The notes: generated by a model not told the origin, from the letters alone. A DNA stretch of 32,000 bases from Candidatus Nanohalobium constans (GCF_009617975.1 NZ_CP040089.1:840001-872000), one strand, 5' to 3'; positions 18,816 through 27,274 are shown, numbered from the stretch's first letter. Translations and numbers: made by a program.

Positions 18816-19523
18816 ATGAGCGATAAATGGAAAACTTCAATCTCGTCCTCAGGAGAAGACTCAGTAGTCAGAGGAGTTCCAAGAGAAGAAATAATGGACA
18901 TGGACTTTGCTGACGCAATATGGTTGATACTGAAAGGTGAGAAACCTTCTGAACAAGAATCCAAAATATTCAACACTATACTAAGTAGTTCTATCGATCA
19001 TGGAGTCGGGACGCCTTCAACTGTTTCCGCCCGCACAGTTCAGAGCGGTGGAAACGACATGAATACTTCAGTAGCTGGAGGAATTCTAGCACTAGGCGAT
19101 AAGCACGGTGGAGCGATAGAGGACTGTATGGAAGTGCTTCAGGACGAAGATTACTCTCCAGAAGAAATTGTAGATGTTTTTATAGAGTCTGGAGACAAGA
19201 TTCCTGGCTTGGGGCACAAAGTCTACGAGGATGTTGATCCTCGGGCGGAGAAAATCTTTGAGAAAGCTGAAAAACTAGGTATTTCCGGGAAGTATGTTGA
19301 GAGGATGAAGAGTATTTCTCAGGAGTTTGCAGAGGAAAAGGTTCCGCTTGTCATAAATGTGGACGGGGCTATCTCCGCAGTCATGAGTGATCTGGGATGG
19401 CCTTCAGAACTTGGTAAAGGATTTTTCATCATAGCCAGGACACCAGGATTAGTAGCGCATGTCCACGAAGAGATGGAAAACGAAGATTTCAGAAGAGAAG
19501 ATGGAGAATACACAGGTGAATGA
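18816..19523 (+). CDS. Short citrate-synthase-fold protein, citryl-CoA lyase-like
   Basis: At 235 aa it carries LALGDKHGGAIE, PGLGHKVYEDVDPRAEK and INVDGAISAV, which correspond to the citrate synthase/CCL catalytic His-His-Asp regions. It lacks the long N-terminal part of a full citrate synthase. Confidence 0.75.
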   Translation: MSDKWKTSISSSGEDSVVRGVPREEIMDMDFADAIWLILKGEKPSEQESKIFNTILSSSIDHGVGTPSTVSARTVQSGGNDMNTSVAGGILALGDKHGGAIEDCMEVLQDEDYSPEEIVDVFIESGDKIPGLGHKVYEDVDPRAEKIFEKAEKLGISGKYVERMKSISQEFAEEKVPLVINVDGAISAVMSDLGWPSELGKGFFIIARTPGLVAHVHEEMENEDFRREDGEYTGE

Positions 19524-19526
19524 GAA

Positions 19527-19838
19527 GTGGTTGATGTAGATAGATTCCGCTCCAGTCTAGGCGAAGTAGCCGTTACCCGAGGCCATGTAGAGAGGAAGAG
19601 AAGTCAGAGCGATGACTGGGACAGAATAGATGAAAACTTTAGCGAAGAGAATCTTGTAGATTACGTGGACTTTGAAGATGTAGAGGACATCAAATTGGAG
19701 AAGGCTTCCATCTATCCTAACATCAAGATAAAAGTTGATGGAAAGTGGAAGAGACTTTTCTTTCATGTAGGAGATGAGGTCGAAGAATGTTTCAGGCGGT
19801 TAAATTATAGGTGGCGTGCCTACCACCAGCTACACTAA
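19527..19838 (+). CDS. Hypothetical protein (103 aa)
   Basis: The frame opens 4 nt after the preceding gene with a GTG start. It is acidic with a basic, aromatic C-terminus (WKRLFFHVGDEVEECFRRLNYRWRAY). No family was recognised. Confidence 0.45.
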   Translation: MVDVDRFRSSLGEVAVTRGHVERKRSQSDDWDRIDENFSEENLVDYVDFEDVEDIKLEKASIYPNIKIKVDGKWKRLFFHVGDEVEECFRRLNYRWRAYHQLH

Positions 19839-19846
19839 CACAATTA

Positions 19847-20626
19847 CTATTCTTCTTTTTCGAACAGTTTTTCCTCAGCTGCCTTCTGATTTACTGCTCG
19901 GTTAAGTTTTTTCTTGGCTTCACCGACTTTTGTCGCAGTACTTACTGAGAAAACAGCTTCTAAAACAGTTTTACCTTCTTCTAAACCCTTATAATTTACT
20001 TTTGGCTCCGGCTTGTCAAGTATATCTTCTTCCAAATTCATGGATTCAATTAACATCTCCTCAAGTTTCTGTGATTTAGAGTTTTCTACCTTAAACTCTA
20101 TTGAGGCTGTTGCTCTCTTTCCCCTGGAGTAATTTTCTAACGGAGTTGTGGTCAGCATGCTGTTAGGCAGCACAGTCTTCTCACTTTCCCCATTCTTTAC
20201 CGTTGTGTGTCGCAGGCGTATTTCTTTGACTACTCCAGATTTTTCACCGACTTCGATGTAATCTCCTTTGATAAAAGGACTGTCAAGGTACAGCATAAAT
20301 CCTGCAACCAGGTTTGATATCTGATCCCTCATCCCGAAACCTACTGCAACTGTTGCAGCTGCAGTTATTGCTCCGAGAACACTAACAAGGTTTCCGAACT
20401 CTGCAGCCTGAAGAGCTACTATGAAAGATAGGAAAACTCCTGTGATACCTGTTAGATTGGAGAATGAGTGTCTTGTCACCATATCAGTGTTCCTACGAGC
20501 CATTAATTTCTCTGTCAGCGGCATGAGGACCACCCTAGTTATGGAAATCCCGAGAAACATCACTATAAGGAATCTTAGAAGCCTGAAATAGATCTGAACA
20601 TCCGGGAAAAGCTGTTCTAACACCAT
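19847..20626 (-). CDS. mscS: MscS-family small-conductance mechanosensitive channel
   Basis: Three N-terminal TM helices are followed by ISNLVAGFMLYLDSPFIKGDYIEVGEKSGVVKEIRLRHTTVKNGESEKTVLPNSML, the MscS beta-domain signature. Confidence 0.85.
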   Translation of the reverse strand: MVLEQLFPDVQIYFRLLRFLIVMFLGISITRVVLMPLTEKLMARRNTDMVTRHSFSNLTGITGVFLSFIVALQAAEFGNLVSVLGAITAAATVAVGFGMRDQISNLVAGFMLYLDSPFIKGDYIEVGEKSGVVKEIRLRHTTVKNGESEKTVLPNSMLTTTPLENYSRGKRATASIEFKVENSKSQKLEEMLIESMNLEEDILDKPEPKVNYKGLEEGKTVLEAVFSVSTATKVGEAKKKLNRAVNQKAAEEKLFEKEE

Positions 20627-20696
20627 GTAGTTCTAATGACGGACAGAGGTTTTTGAATACACAGGTTTTAATTACAGGTTTTACCAAGTTTTCAGC

Positions 20697-21299
20697 ATGG
20701 TAAGCGTACTAAGCAAAGTATTCGACAGATTCACCGAGGACGATGAAATCAGCATAGAGAACATGGATCTAGAAGAACTAAAGAAAGAAAGAAGCGAACT
20801 AAGAGCAGACCTAGAACTAAAACGAGATAAACATGAAGGACTAGCCGAAGACAGAAGAGTGAAATTTGAGAAGCTTCAAAACACAGAAGACGATCTTCTA
20901 CAAGAAGAACTAGCCGAAGAAATAGCCAGTATCGAGGACGAAATGAGCATCTACCACAATGAACACGCACAGGTAATGGACGCACTCAGAGTAATCGACG
21001 GATTAATCGCTGTTAAGAGAAAACAGCAGCTGATGGAGGACCAAGGAATCGTCCAGGAACTAGAAGACATGGACCAGGAAGAACTTGTCGACGCCCTGAA
21101 ACAGGAAAGAGTCCAAGAAATGATCAAAGACGAGAAATGGGACGAACTACAAGACCTGTTCAGAGGACAGTTAGAGCCAGAATACTCAGGAAATCAGAGA
21201 GTCAACGAGATAATCGAATCAGCAGAGAACGCGGAAGAAGAAAGCGTAGATGCTGTATTGAATAGAAGAGATAGTGAGAAAGGAAGGAATATTCACTAA
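20697..21299 (+). CDS. Acidic coiled-coil hypothetical protein
   Basis: A 200-aa open frame, E/D/K/L-rich and helical in appearance. Confidence 0.6.
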   Translation: MVSVLSKVFDRFTEDDEISIENMDLEELKKERSELRADLELKRDKHEGLAEDRRVKFEKLQNTEDDLLQEELAEEIASIEDEMSIYHNEHAQVMDALRVIDGLIAVKRKQQLMEDQGIVQELEDMDQEELVDALKQERVQEMIKDEKWDELQDLFRGQLEPEYSGNQRVNEIIESAENAEEESVDAVLNRRDSEKGRNIH

Positions 21300-21823
21300 A
21301 TCTTCTTTTCCATCCTTTCCACTGATTTCCTTGTCTCCTGAAGTTCCTTTAAAATCTCCATCAGAATATCATTCCTGTTTACGGAGTCAGAACCTCCTTC
21401 CTTATCCTTCTTGATATGCTTGTTAATCAATTCCTGAACCTGTTTAGGCTCTTCTATACTTCTGAAACGCATCTCAACGCCAGAACCTCCAGCAGTAGAA
21501 ACCTCTATGTTTCCGTAACCGAACTGTGTTCCGAAGAAGCCCTGTGAGAAGCTGATGTTCTGAACCTTGTCGAAACCGATCTTCTGAACGCTTCTAGACA
21601 AGACACCAGTCTTCTTATAGAGACCTTGTGTAGTAACCACGAAATCAGTGTTCTTGATATTCAGATAAGCACCTACCACAATCGGAATACCTATACCGAC
21701 CACGGACAAAGGAATTCCTATAGCCAGTGCCGGATAAATGCTTTTCATCAATGGTTCTCCGCTCCAGAGAACCTGTTCTTCTTCATCTAACGAAAGCCAA
21801 TCATACTCTGAGTTCTGTGTCAT
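21296..21823 (-). CDS. Membrane protein with bacterial-type PH (bPH_2/YdbS-like) domain
   Basis: EEEQVLWSGEP, a two-TM hairpin, then DFVVTTQGLYKKTGVLSRSVQKIGFDKVQNISFSQGFFGTQFGYGNIEVST. Confidence 0.75.
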   Translation of the reverse strand: MTQNSEYDWLSLDEEEQVLWSGEPLMKSIYPALAIGIPLSVVGIGIPIVVGAYLNIKNTDFVVTTQGLYKKTGVLSRSVQKIGFDKVQNISFSQGFFGTQFGYGNIEVSTAGGSGVEMRFRSIEEPKQVQELINKHIKKDKEGGSDSVNRNDILMEILKELQETRKSVERMEKKI

Positions 21824-21866
21824 AGAGGCAAATTAGCAATTTGTATTAAAGTAAGTTGGAGAAGTT

Positions 21867-21941
21867 GTGCGGTTGCCGGGATTTGAACCCGGGTCATCGG
21901 CTCGAAAGGCCGAAATGATTGACCAGACTACACTACAACCG
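21867..21941 (-). tRNA. tRNA-Glu (anticodon UUC)
   Basis: Hand-folded. The acceptor stem is GCGGUUG/CAACCGC, the D region is GUGUAGUCUGGUCAAUCAU, the anticodon arm is UCGGC-CUUUCGA-GCCGA and the T arm is CCGGG-UUCAAAU-CCCGG. Confidence 0.85.
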
Positions 21942-22035
21942 CTTCGGTGTGAAAAACATTGACGAACTTAATACTTTTAAATGGGATTTCTTCTCTCCCA
22001 AAAACTTTTCACAAAGAACACGAAACAGGTTGATT

Positions 22036-22437
22036 ATGAGTGACGACTGTATTTTCTGCAAAATTATTGAAGGCGATGTACCAAGCTACAAGGTATACGA
22101 AGATGAAAATGTCTACGCTTTTCTGGATGCTGAACCGGTTTCCAAAGGTCACACACTGGTGATTCCGAAGGAGCATGTAGATGATATTCACGGTGCTGCT
22201 GATATGGACTATATGTGGGAGCCATTGGTCAAGGTTTCCAACGCTGTGAAAGATGCCTTCGGTGCTGAAGGCGTGAATATCGCCCAGAACAACGGTGAGA
22301 AAGCAGGGCAAGAAGTCTTCCACCTACACTTCCATGTAACTCCGATCTACGAAGGAGATGAACTGGATATCACATACAACCGTTCAAGCCTTGAATCAGG
22401 TGATTCAGTAGCTGAGGAGATCAGCGAACAGCTCTAA
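22036..22437 (+). CDS. HIT-family (histidine triad) nucleotide hydrolase
   Basis: CIFCKIIEGDVPSYKVYEDENVYAFLD and the histidine triad HLHFHV. The start is reset to the ATG at 22036 because the ORF-track start overlaps tRNA-Glu. Confidence 0.9.
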   Translation: MSDDCIFCKIIEGDVPSYKVYEDENVYAFLDAEPVSKGHTLVIPKEHVDDIHGAADMDYMWEPLVKVSNAVKDAFGAEGVNIAQNNGEKAGQEVFHLHFHVTPIYEGDELDITYNRSSLESGDSVAEEISEQL

Positions 22438-22506
22438 AGTTATCCCACAGCTATTTTTCCTTCTTTTAACGAAAGAATCATAAGAGAACAAGCCTCAAAA
22501 ATTAAT

Positions 22507-23331
22507 ATGGCAATTCTTGAAAACCTGTTAATAGTATTTGTAGCAGCCTTAATAACAGACTTGGCTACCGGTTTAGGAACGATTCCTTTCTTCTTCGTGG
22601 AAGAGTTCTCTCAGCGCTACCTTGTAGGAATGTGGGGATTAGCTTCAGGCATCATGCTTTCAGCATCCTTCCTCGGATTGATACCAGAGGGATTGAAGGC
22701 TGCCCGAGAATACCCGTTCTTTAACTCAGAATTCCTGGCTGTCGGCATAGGTTTAATCGCAGGAGGACTTCTAGTCATCGGAGCACGGCGCCTAGTGGAT
22801 GATGCAGAACTAGATCCTGGAACATTCGAAGAAGCCGGATTCAAGAAAATGGTTTTAATCCTAGGCGTCTTAACCATTCACAGCTTCCCAGAAGGCGTAG
22901 CTATAGGAGTAGCATTCGCAGAACTTGGACTAGGTAGCGGAGTACCAATACTTGGATTCGCAGTACCAGCTATCGCGATCACAATGACTATAGCGATTTC
23001 AATCCACAACATACCGGAAGGAGTAGCCATTTCAATACCTTTCAAAGCCAACGGGGTTTCCAATTGGAAAACAATGGGTGCGGCAATATTCTCTTCAGTT
23101 CCACAGCCTATCGGAGCAGTAATAGCATTCCTATTCGTCAGAGAAGCACAGGCATTCCTGCCAATAGGCTACGGATTCGCAGCAGGAGCAATGATCTACC
23201 TAGTGCTGACAGAATTCGTCGAAGAAGCATTTGAAGAAGCCGAGGACATAGATACAAGTGGCTGGCCAGAATTTATCGGAGGAAACACCGCAGGACTAAT
23301 AATCATGATACTCCTATTCACCTTCATATGA
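22507..23331 (+). CDS. ZIP-family divalent metal transporter (ZupT-like)
   Basis: HSFPEGVAIGVAF and HNIPEGVAISIPF motifs in a polytopic membrane protein. Confidence 0.9.
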   Translation: MAILENLLIVFVAALITDLATGLGTIPFFFVEEFSQRYLVGMWGLASGIMLSASFLGLIPEGLKAAREYPFFNSEFLAVGIGLIAGGLLVIGARRLVDDAELDPGTFEEAGFKKMVLILGVLTIHSFPEGVAIGVAFAELGLGSGVPILGFAVPAIAITMTIAISIHNIPEGVAISIPFKANGVSNWKTMGAAIFSSVPQPIGAVIAFLFVREAQAFLPIGYGFAAGAMIYLVLTEFVEEAFEEAEDIDTSGWPEFIGGNTAGLIIMILLFTFI

Positions 23332-23702
23332 AAGAACTAGCTGGAAACCTGATAGTTGAAGATGGGAAAATACTCCTCTTATACAGAGAAGACGAAGAAC
23401 ACTGGGAAGTACCGGGCGGCAAAGTAGAGGAGGACGAAAGCCCTACTGAAGCTGCTGTGCGGGAGGCTGAAGAAGAGATAGGAGTTGAAGTTTCACTGGA
23501 GAAACCTTTCTACACCGGAGAATTCCAACATAATGACGACTTATTTTTGTGGAACGGCTATATCGCGGAAATAGAGGAAGGAGAACCCGAAATAACGGAA
23601 GATAACTTTGGAAAGTTAGAATGGTTCGAAGGAAGCGAACTGGATAATTTAGAACTCGCTCCTAACTTGAAAATGATATTGCCTGCGTTGAGAAAGTTGT
23701 AG
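23328..23702 (+). CDS. NUDIX hydrolase
   Basis: Nudix box GGKVEEDESPTEAAVREAEEEIGV. The start overlaps the ZIP stop (ATGA). Confidence 0.85.
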   Translation: MKELAGNLIVEDGKILLLYREDEEHWEVPGGKVEEDESPTEAAVREAEEEIGVEVSLEKPFYTGEFQHNDDLFLWNGYIAEIEEGEPEITEDNFGKLEWFEGSELDNLELAPNLKMILPALRKL

Positions 23703-24194
23703 CTATTCTTCAAGTTGATTTTTTGCTCTTCTGTATATCGGCGTTCCCATCCGGTCTCTTGTTTCCATCAATTTATCTAACTTGTTCGAAGCTGTTTCCT
23801 TTGTTATAGAATTGTTTTTGACCATCGATTGAAGCATTATTGGAGATATAGCTACTTCCGAGGAAGACAGTTTTTTGATCTCAGCCATTGCATGAAGGTC
23901 ATCCGTAAATAGGAAATCTGGGTCTATTTCCCGTGTCAACGCTAGGCAGCTTGCCTCTCCAGAATCAATCCGGTTTGTCTGAAATCTGCCAAATTCCAGT
24001 TGATGAATATTTATCTCTTCCTTAGATTGAAGTGCATTTTCTGCTGCTTCAGCCAGGTAGTCGTCTTGTTGGGAGATTTCTTCGAGCTCTGAGATGACTT
24101 CTTCTGTTGTGTGGACTGAGTGTTGTTTTATTGTTTCTTCTAATATTTCTGCTATTGAAAGCGAGATAAATGCTGTAGTGTCTAGTATTATCAT
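23703..24194 (-). CDS. PIN-domain nuclease-like toxin (VapC-like, extended C-terminus)
   Basis: Acidic PIN positions are present: IILDTT, SELEE, DSGEASCLALT and FTDD. It overlaps the stop of the upstream RHH gene by 4 nt. Confidence 0.65.
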   Translation of the reverse strand: MIILDTTAFISLSIAEILEETIKQHSVHTTEEVISELEEISQQDDYLAEAAENALQSKEEINIHQLEFGRFQTNRIDSGEASCLALTREIDPDFLFTDDLHAMAEIKKLSSSEVAISPIMLQSMVKNNSITKETASNKLDKLMETRDRMGTPIYRRAKNQLEE

Positions 24195-24499
24195 TTTTCG
24201 CTTAGGCCTGCAAGTTCAGATGCTTTCTCATCGGATTCGTTCAGTATTTCAGAAGTGGCTTTTACTGACTCAGCGTCCTGTTTACCTATCACAGCTTTCA
24301 TCTCATCAAAACCTAGTTCTCCATCGAGATAGAGTTCTACGACCTTCTGCTTGAAATCCTCATCATTTTCGAAATTTCCTAAGTACTCTCTCAGGGCTTC
24401 CTTCATTATCTCAGTTCTATCTCTGTGCGTGGCTTCTGCTGTAACATCAGCCTTCTCAAGCAGTTTCTCAGGCAGCCTAAAGTTTACCCTAGTAGTCAT
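24191..24499 (-). CDS. Ribbon-helix-helix (CopG-like) antitoxin
   Basis: MTTRVNFRLPEKLLEKADVTAEATHRDRTEIMKEALREYL. The start is reset to the ATG at 24499. Confidence 0.75.
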   Translation of the reverse strand: MTTRVNFRLPEKLLEKADVTAEATHRDRTEIMKEALREYLGNFENDEDFKQKVVELYLDGELGFDEMKAVIGKQDAESVKATSEILNESDEKASELAGLSEK

Positions 24500-24519
24500 G
24501 TATGTACATTGTACATACA
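24499..24519. promoter_or_regulatory. Perfect 10+1+10 palindrome TGTATGTACA-T-TGTACATACA; candidate operator of the RHH-PIN module
   Basis: Read directly from the sequence. It begins at the first base of the antitoxin start codon, and TTTTAAAT (minus sense) follows ~25 nt upstream of the ATG. Confidence 0.45.
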
Positions 24520-24586
24520 GATTTAAAATTGTATGGAAAAATGCCCAAGTTTCAATCCTAGAAAACAAAATAGGAAAATATGTAGA

Positions 24587-24787
24587 TTAGGTTAATTTGT
24601 GTTCTGCTACTTCGTCGATGGTGTCGACATGTGTCAAGAAGATTGTTCTGCAGCAGTATTTCTCAACTCCTAGATCATCTAGGACTTCTCCTTTGTCCTC
24701 GTCACCTTCTTGGGCTCTTTCTTCGAATTCTTCCCATTTGTCGCTGATGACTTTACCGCATGACATGCATCTTACCGGAAACTGCAT
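24587..24787 (-). CDS. rpoN: DNA-directed RNA polymerase subunit N (Rpo10)
   Basis: PVRCMSCGKVISDKWEEF...YCCRTIFLTHVD is the Rpb10/RpoN zinc-bundle signature. GAGGTG is an upstream SD. Confidence 0.92.
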   Translation of the reverse strand: MQFPVRCMSCGKVISDKWEEFEERAQEGDEDKGEVLDDLGVEKYCCRTIFLTHVDTIDEVAEHKLT

Positions 24788-24832
24788 AGATTAACTTTGC
24801 ACCTCGTGGAATAAATAAAGAGTGGAAAAATC

Positions 24833-25237
24833 CTATCTGTAGGATTTCTGCTGTTTGTGCCGTGCTCCTTTCGAAGACTGGCTTGGCTTGTGGGTTTCTG
24901 TTCTTCTTGGATCCTCGACCATCATGTTACGATCGTATTCTCTGAAGTCTCTCTCTAGGTCGTCGCTTCCTGTGTGATCGACTAGTGCCCTGGCTACTGC
25001 CATTCTGGCGGCTTCTGCCTGAGCCTGGATTCCTCCTCCTTCAGTATCTACAGTTATCTCTAGGTCGCCGAATACTTCTTCACCGGCGATGGTGAGAGGT
25101 TCTTCTACACGGCTTTCAAACATGTCTCTGTAAGTGTGAAGTGGTCTGGAGTTGACTCTGAGTGTGCCTTCTCCGTCTTCTTTGACGGTGGCTCTTGCCT
25201 TTGCTGTCTTTCTTCTTCCTGATGTGTGTGTTGCCAT
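24833..25237 (-). CDS. rps9: 30S ribosomal protein S9 (uS9)
   Basis: GRRKTAKARATV...GGGIQAQAEAARMAVARALV...KKSYR C-terminus. The start is reset to MATHTSG at 25237, immediately after the L13 stop. Confidence 0.93.
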   Translation of the reverse strand: MATHTSGRRKTAKARATVKEDGEGTLRVNSRPLHTYRDMFESRVEEPLTIAGEEVFGDLEITVDTEGGGIQAQAEAARMAVARALVDHTGSDDLERDFREYDRNMMVEDPRRTETHKPSQSSKGARHKQQKSYR

Positions 25238-25238
25238 T

Positions 25239-25655
25239 TTATTCGGCACCTCCGATAAACTCTGATACTTCACCAAGCTTTACATAATTCCTATGTTTGA
25301 GGTCGTCGCCTTCCTTGGCTTCGGCCTCTTCAACTTCTTCCTCCATTCTTTCAGGGATTCCCAAGTAAGTCTTCACATTCTTGAACTGCTCTCTTCCATC
25401 GCTTTCTTTGAATGGAAGCATGTTCCTGATTGTTCTCTTCAAGATTTTGTCAGCTCTCTTCGGGTAGTAAGGACCAGTGTCTCTTCTACCTCTCTCATAT
25501 TTCTGCTGGTACTTCTCCTTTACATTTTTCTCGTCGCCGGAGATAACAGCTTTGCTAGAGTTGACAACTGCAACTTCTTCGCCATCTCTTGCGATCTCTG
25601 CGACTTCGGAAGCAAGTCTTCCGAGAACTTTTCCTTCAGCATTGATTACTTTCAT
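25239..25655 (-). CDS. rpl13: 50S ribosomal protein L13 (uL13)
   Basis: MKVINAEGKVLGRLASEVAEIARDGEEVAVVNSSKAVISG is typical of archaeal uL13. Confidence 0.93.
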   Translation of the reverse strand: MKVINAEGKVLGRLASEVAEIARDGEEVAVVNSSKAVISGDEKNVKEKYQQKYERGRRDTGPYYPKRADKILKRTIRNMLPFKESDGREQFKNVKTYLGIPERMEEEVEEAEAKEGDDLKHRNYVKLGEVSEFIGGAE

Positions 25656-25658
25656 TAT

Positions 25659-26009
25659 TTATTTCACCACTCTGACATTTTCTCCTTCAGGATTTTCTTC
25701 AACTAGGTCCTGGATGAACATAAACTCGCCTTCCTCACTAATCTGATTCTTGGCGCTGTTCGAAGCCTTGAAAGCAGCGACATTGACTTCTTTGTTTAGG
25801 TAACCGCTTCCAAGAACTTTTCCAGGTACAACGATGGTTTCACCGTCTTCAGCAACTCTCTCAATATCTGAGAGATTGACTTCTGCTCTTCTCCTGTTAA
25901 CTTTTCCAAGGTTTTCAGCTACGCTGCTCCAGACAGGTGCATCCTGCTCCTGAAGCATTTCTATTGTTTCCAAAAGTACTGGATTTGAAGTATCGAATTT
26001 TTTATCCAT
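25659..26009 (-). CDS. rpl18e: 50S ribosomal protein L18e
   Basis: It has the expected size and position upstream of L13-S9-RpoN. Motifs are NPVLLETIEMLQ..., VNLSDIERVAEDGETIVVPGKVLGSG. GAGGTG is an upstream SD. Confidence 0.88.
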   Translation of the reverse strand: MDKKFDTSNPVLLETIEMLQEQDAPVWSSVAENLGKVNRRRAEVNLSDIERVAEDGETIVVPGKVLGSGYLNKEVNVAAFKASNSAKNQISEEGEFMFIQDLVEENPEGENVRVVK

Positions 26010-26135
26010 AAAGTATACACCTCGCAGCCTATCTCAGCTACTTATCGGTATTAACTGATTGGTGAGGAAAAAGTTATAAAACAGGAAAACATTGTGTTAC
26101 GAGTTCAGTAATTTTTCCATCTCATCTACAAATTT

Positions 26136-26453
26136 TCAAGCCGTTCCATATTCCTGACCATGCTCTGTTATCTCTTTCATGAAAGATGAATTCTTCATTT
26201 CTTCAAATTCTTCGGTACTAACTACTTTAGGTGAGATGTACACATCTTTCTCAAGCATAATGTCGTAAGATATCTCAAAAACCTTCTCCTTCAAATCCTT
26301 ATCCTCTAAAACAACCAATACATCTACATCACTATCTTTTGTTTCTTCTCCCCGAGCTACACTTCCAAAAAGCAAGACTTTCTGAAGCTCGGACCCAATA
26401 CTCTCGTCTAGGTCATTGAAAAATTTGTTAAAAGCTTTACTGTGAGAGCTCAT
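26136..26453 (-). CDS. Minimal nucleotidyltransferase (MNT-type, TA-associated) without an adjacent HEPN partner
   Basis: The nucleotidyltransferase signature is LFGSVARGEETKDSDVDVLVV. The ATG at 26453 is preferred to the TTG at 26474. Confidence 0.8.
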   Translation of the reverse strand: MSSHSKAFNKFFNDLDESIGSELQKVLLFGSVARGEETKDSDVDVLVVLEDKDLKEKVFEISYDIMLEKDVYISPKVVSTEEFEEMKNSSFMKEITEHGQEYGTA

Positions 26454-26470
26454 ACATAGTAATGTTGCAG

Positions 26471-26489
26471 CCAAGACTTATAGAATTAA
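26471..26489 (-). promoter_or_regulatory. Degenerate copy of the island promoter/leader element
   Basis: CCAAGACTTATAGAATTAA matches CCAAGACTTTTACAATTAA at 29915..29933 at 17/19 positions, with similar spacing to the downstream ATG. Confidence 0.4.
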
Positions 26490-26591
26490 TCATTGTAAAT
26501 CCAAAAAAGTTTCTATAAAGCCTAATAACTCCAAAACTCGGGGGTAGCAGAACTACAAAACCTTTTTTATCCTCTATCTTGGATTACTAAG

Positions 26592-26945
26592 TCAGATATT
26601 AGACAGTACCGTATCTTCCACAAGTTTCAGGATTTCTGGCATATACTTCTCCTCAGAAGGCTTTACACCATCTCCTGTATGAACATGGTCTGGAAATGTT
26701 TCAACATCGTGATGCGGCGAGTTATCCCATCTCCTGATCAAATCATTATCTTGGTTCATGAACTGGAACCTGTAATCATGGTTATCAGGCGACTCAAACT
26801 CTGTGAACTCCAATCTAGAACCATCAACAAAAACTATACTTCCCTTAAGCAGAACTGTTGAACCATCAATCCTCTCAAAACTCAAGTCTTGCTCATCAAT
26901 AACATAGTCTAATTCTTCAAGAGTTTCTCTGACCTGTGAAATCAT
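26592..26945 (-). CDS. His-cluster protein T1 of repeated two-gene module (DUF6516/TumE-like by recollection)
   Basis: RRWDNSPHHDVETFPDHVHTGDGVKP. It is paralogous to 28617..29003 and, more distantly, to 29265..29591. ATGA overlap with the upstream partner. Confidence 0.7.
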   Translation of the reverse strand: MISQVRETLEELDYVIDEQDLSFERIDGSTVLLKGSIVFVDGSRLEFTEFESPDNHDYRFQFMNQDNDLIRRWDNSPHHDVETFPDHVHTGDGVKPSEEKYMPEILKLVEDTVLSNI

Positions 26946-27217
26946 TTAATTTCAGCCTTCTCAAGTCTCTCCTTCCTATCCTCCAGTCTCTGAACAGACT
27001 GGTAAACAGCCTTCCACTCAAAATAGTCCTGGTCATCACCTAAATTACCTGACTCAAACTCTTCCAAGAACTCCTCGGAATCCATGTCGTGCTCATCCTC
27101 AAAATCCTCTAATCTTTCTCTAAAACGCTCAAGCTTCCTCTCAACAATATCAAGCTCACGGGACACACTCTCTCTAACAACATCCAAACTACCGTCAGAC
27201 ACATCAACCTCAGACAT
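26942..27217 (-). CDS. Small acidic partner protein A1 of repeated two-gene module (antitoxin position)
   Basis: Starts MSEVDV (ATG at 27217). It carries LEDFEDEHDMDSEEFLEEFESGNLGDD and DYFEWKAVYQSVQRLEDRKERLE, and is paralogous to A2 and A3. Confidence 0.65.
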   Translation of the reverse strand: MSEVDVSDGSLDVVRESVSRELDIVERKLERFRERLEDFEDEHDMDSEEFLEEFESGNLGDDQDYFEWKAVYQSVQRLEDRKERLEKAEIK

Positions 27218-27229
27218 AGAACACAATAG

Positions 27230-27247
27230 GAACTCCAAGACTTTTAC
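27230..27247 (-). promoter_or_regulatory. Island promoter/leader element, copy a (GAACTCCAAGACTTTTAC on + strand)
   Basis: An invariant 17-mer lies 12 nt from the A1 start codon. The minus-sense TAAAAG is centred ~26 nt upstream of the ATG. Confidence 0.6.
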
Positions 27248-27274
27248 CTTTAACGCTAGAAGACCAGGAAAATC

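Noticed and set aside
20697-21299. Idea that the acidic coiled-coil protein is an ESCRT-III/PspA-like membrane-remodelling protein
   Set aside because: Only a generic charged helical pattern is visible. I can point to no diagnostic motif, so it is called hypothetical.
21919-22035. N-terminal extension of the HIT gene in the ORF track
   Set aside because: The extension overlaps tRNA-Glu (21867..21941). The conserved HIT N-terminus begins at the ATG at 22036.
24500-24568. Extended starts of several island or operon genes in the ORF track (24568, 25276, 26474, 27238, 28620)
   Set aside because: The extensions run through the promoter elements or the preceding gene. Internal ATGs directly follow the conserved leader or the upstream stop codon.
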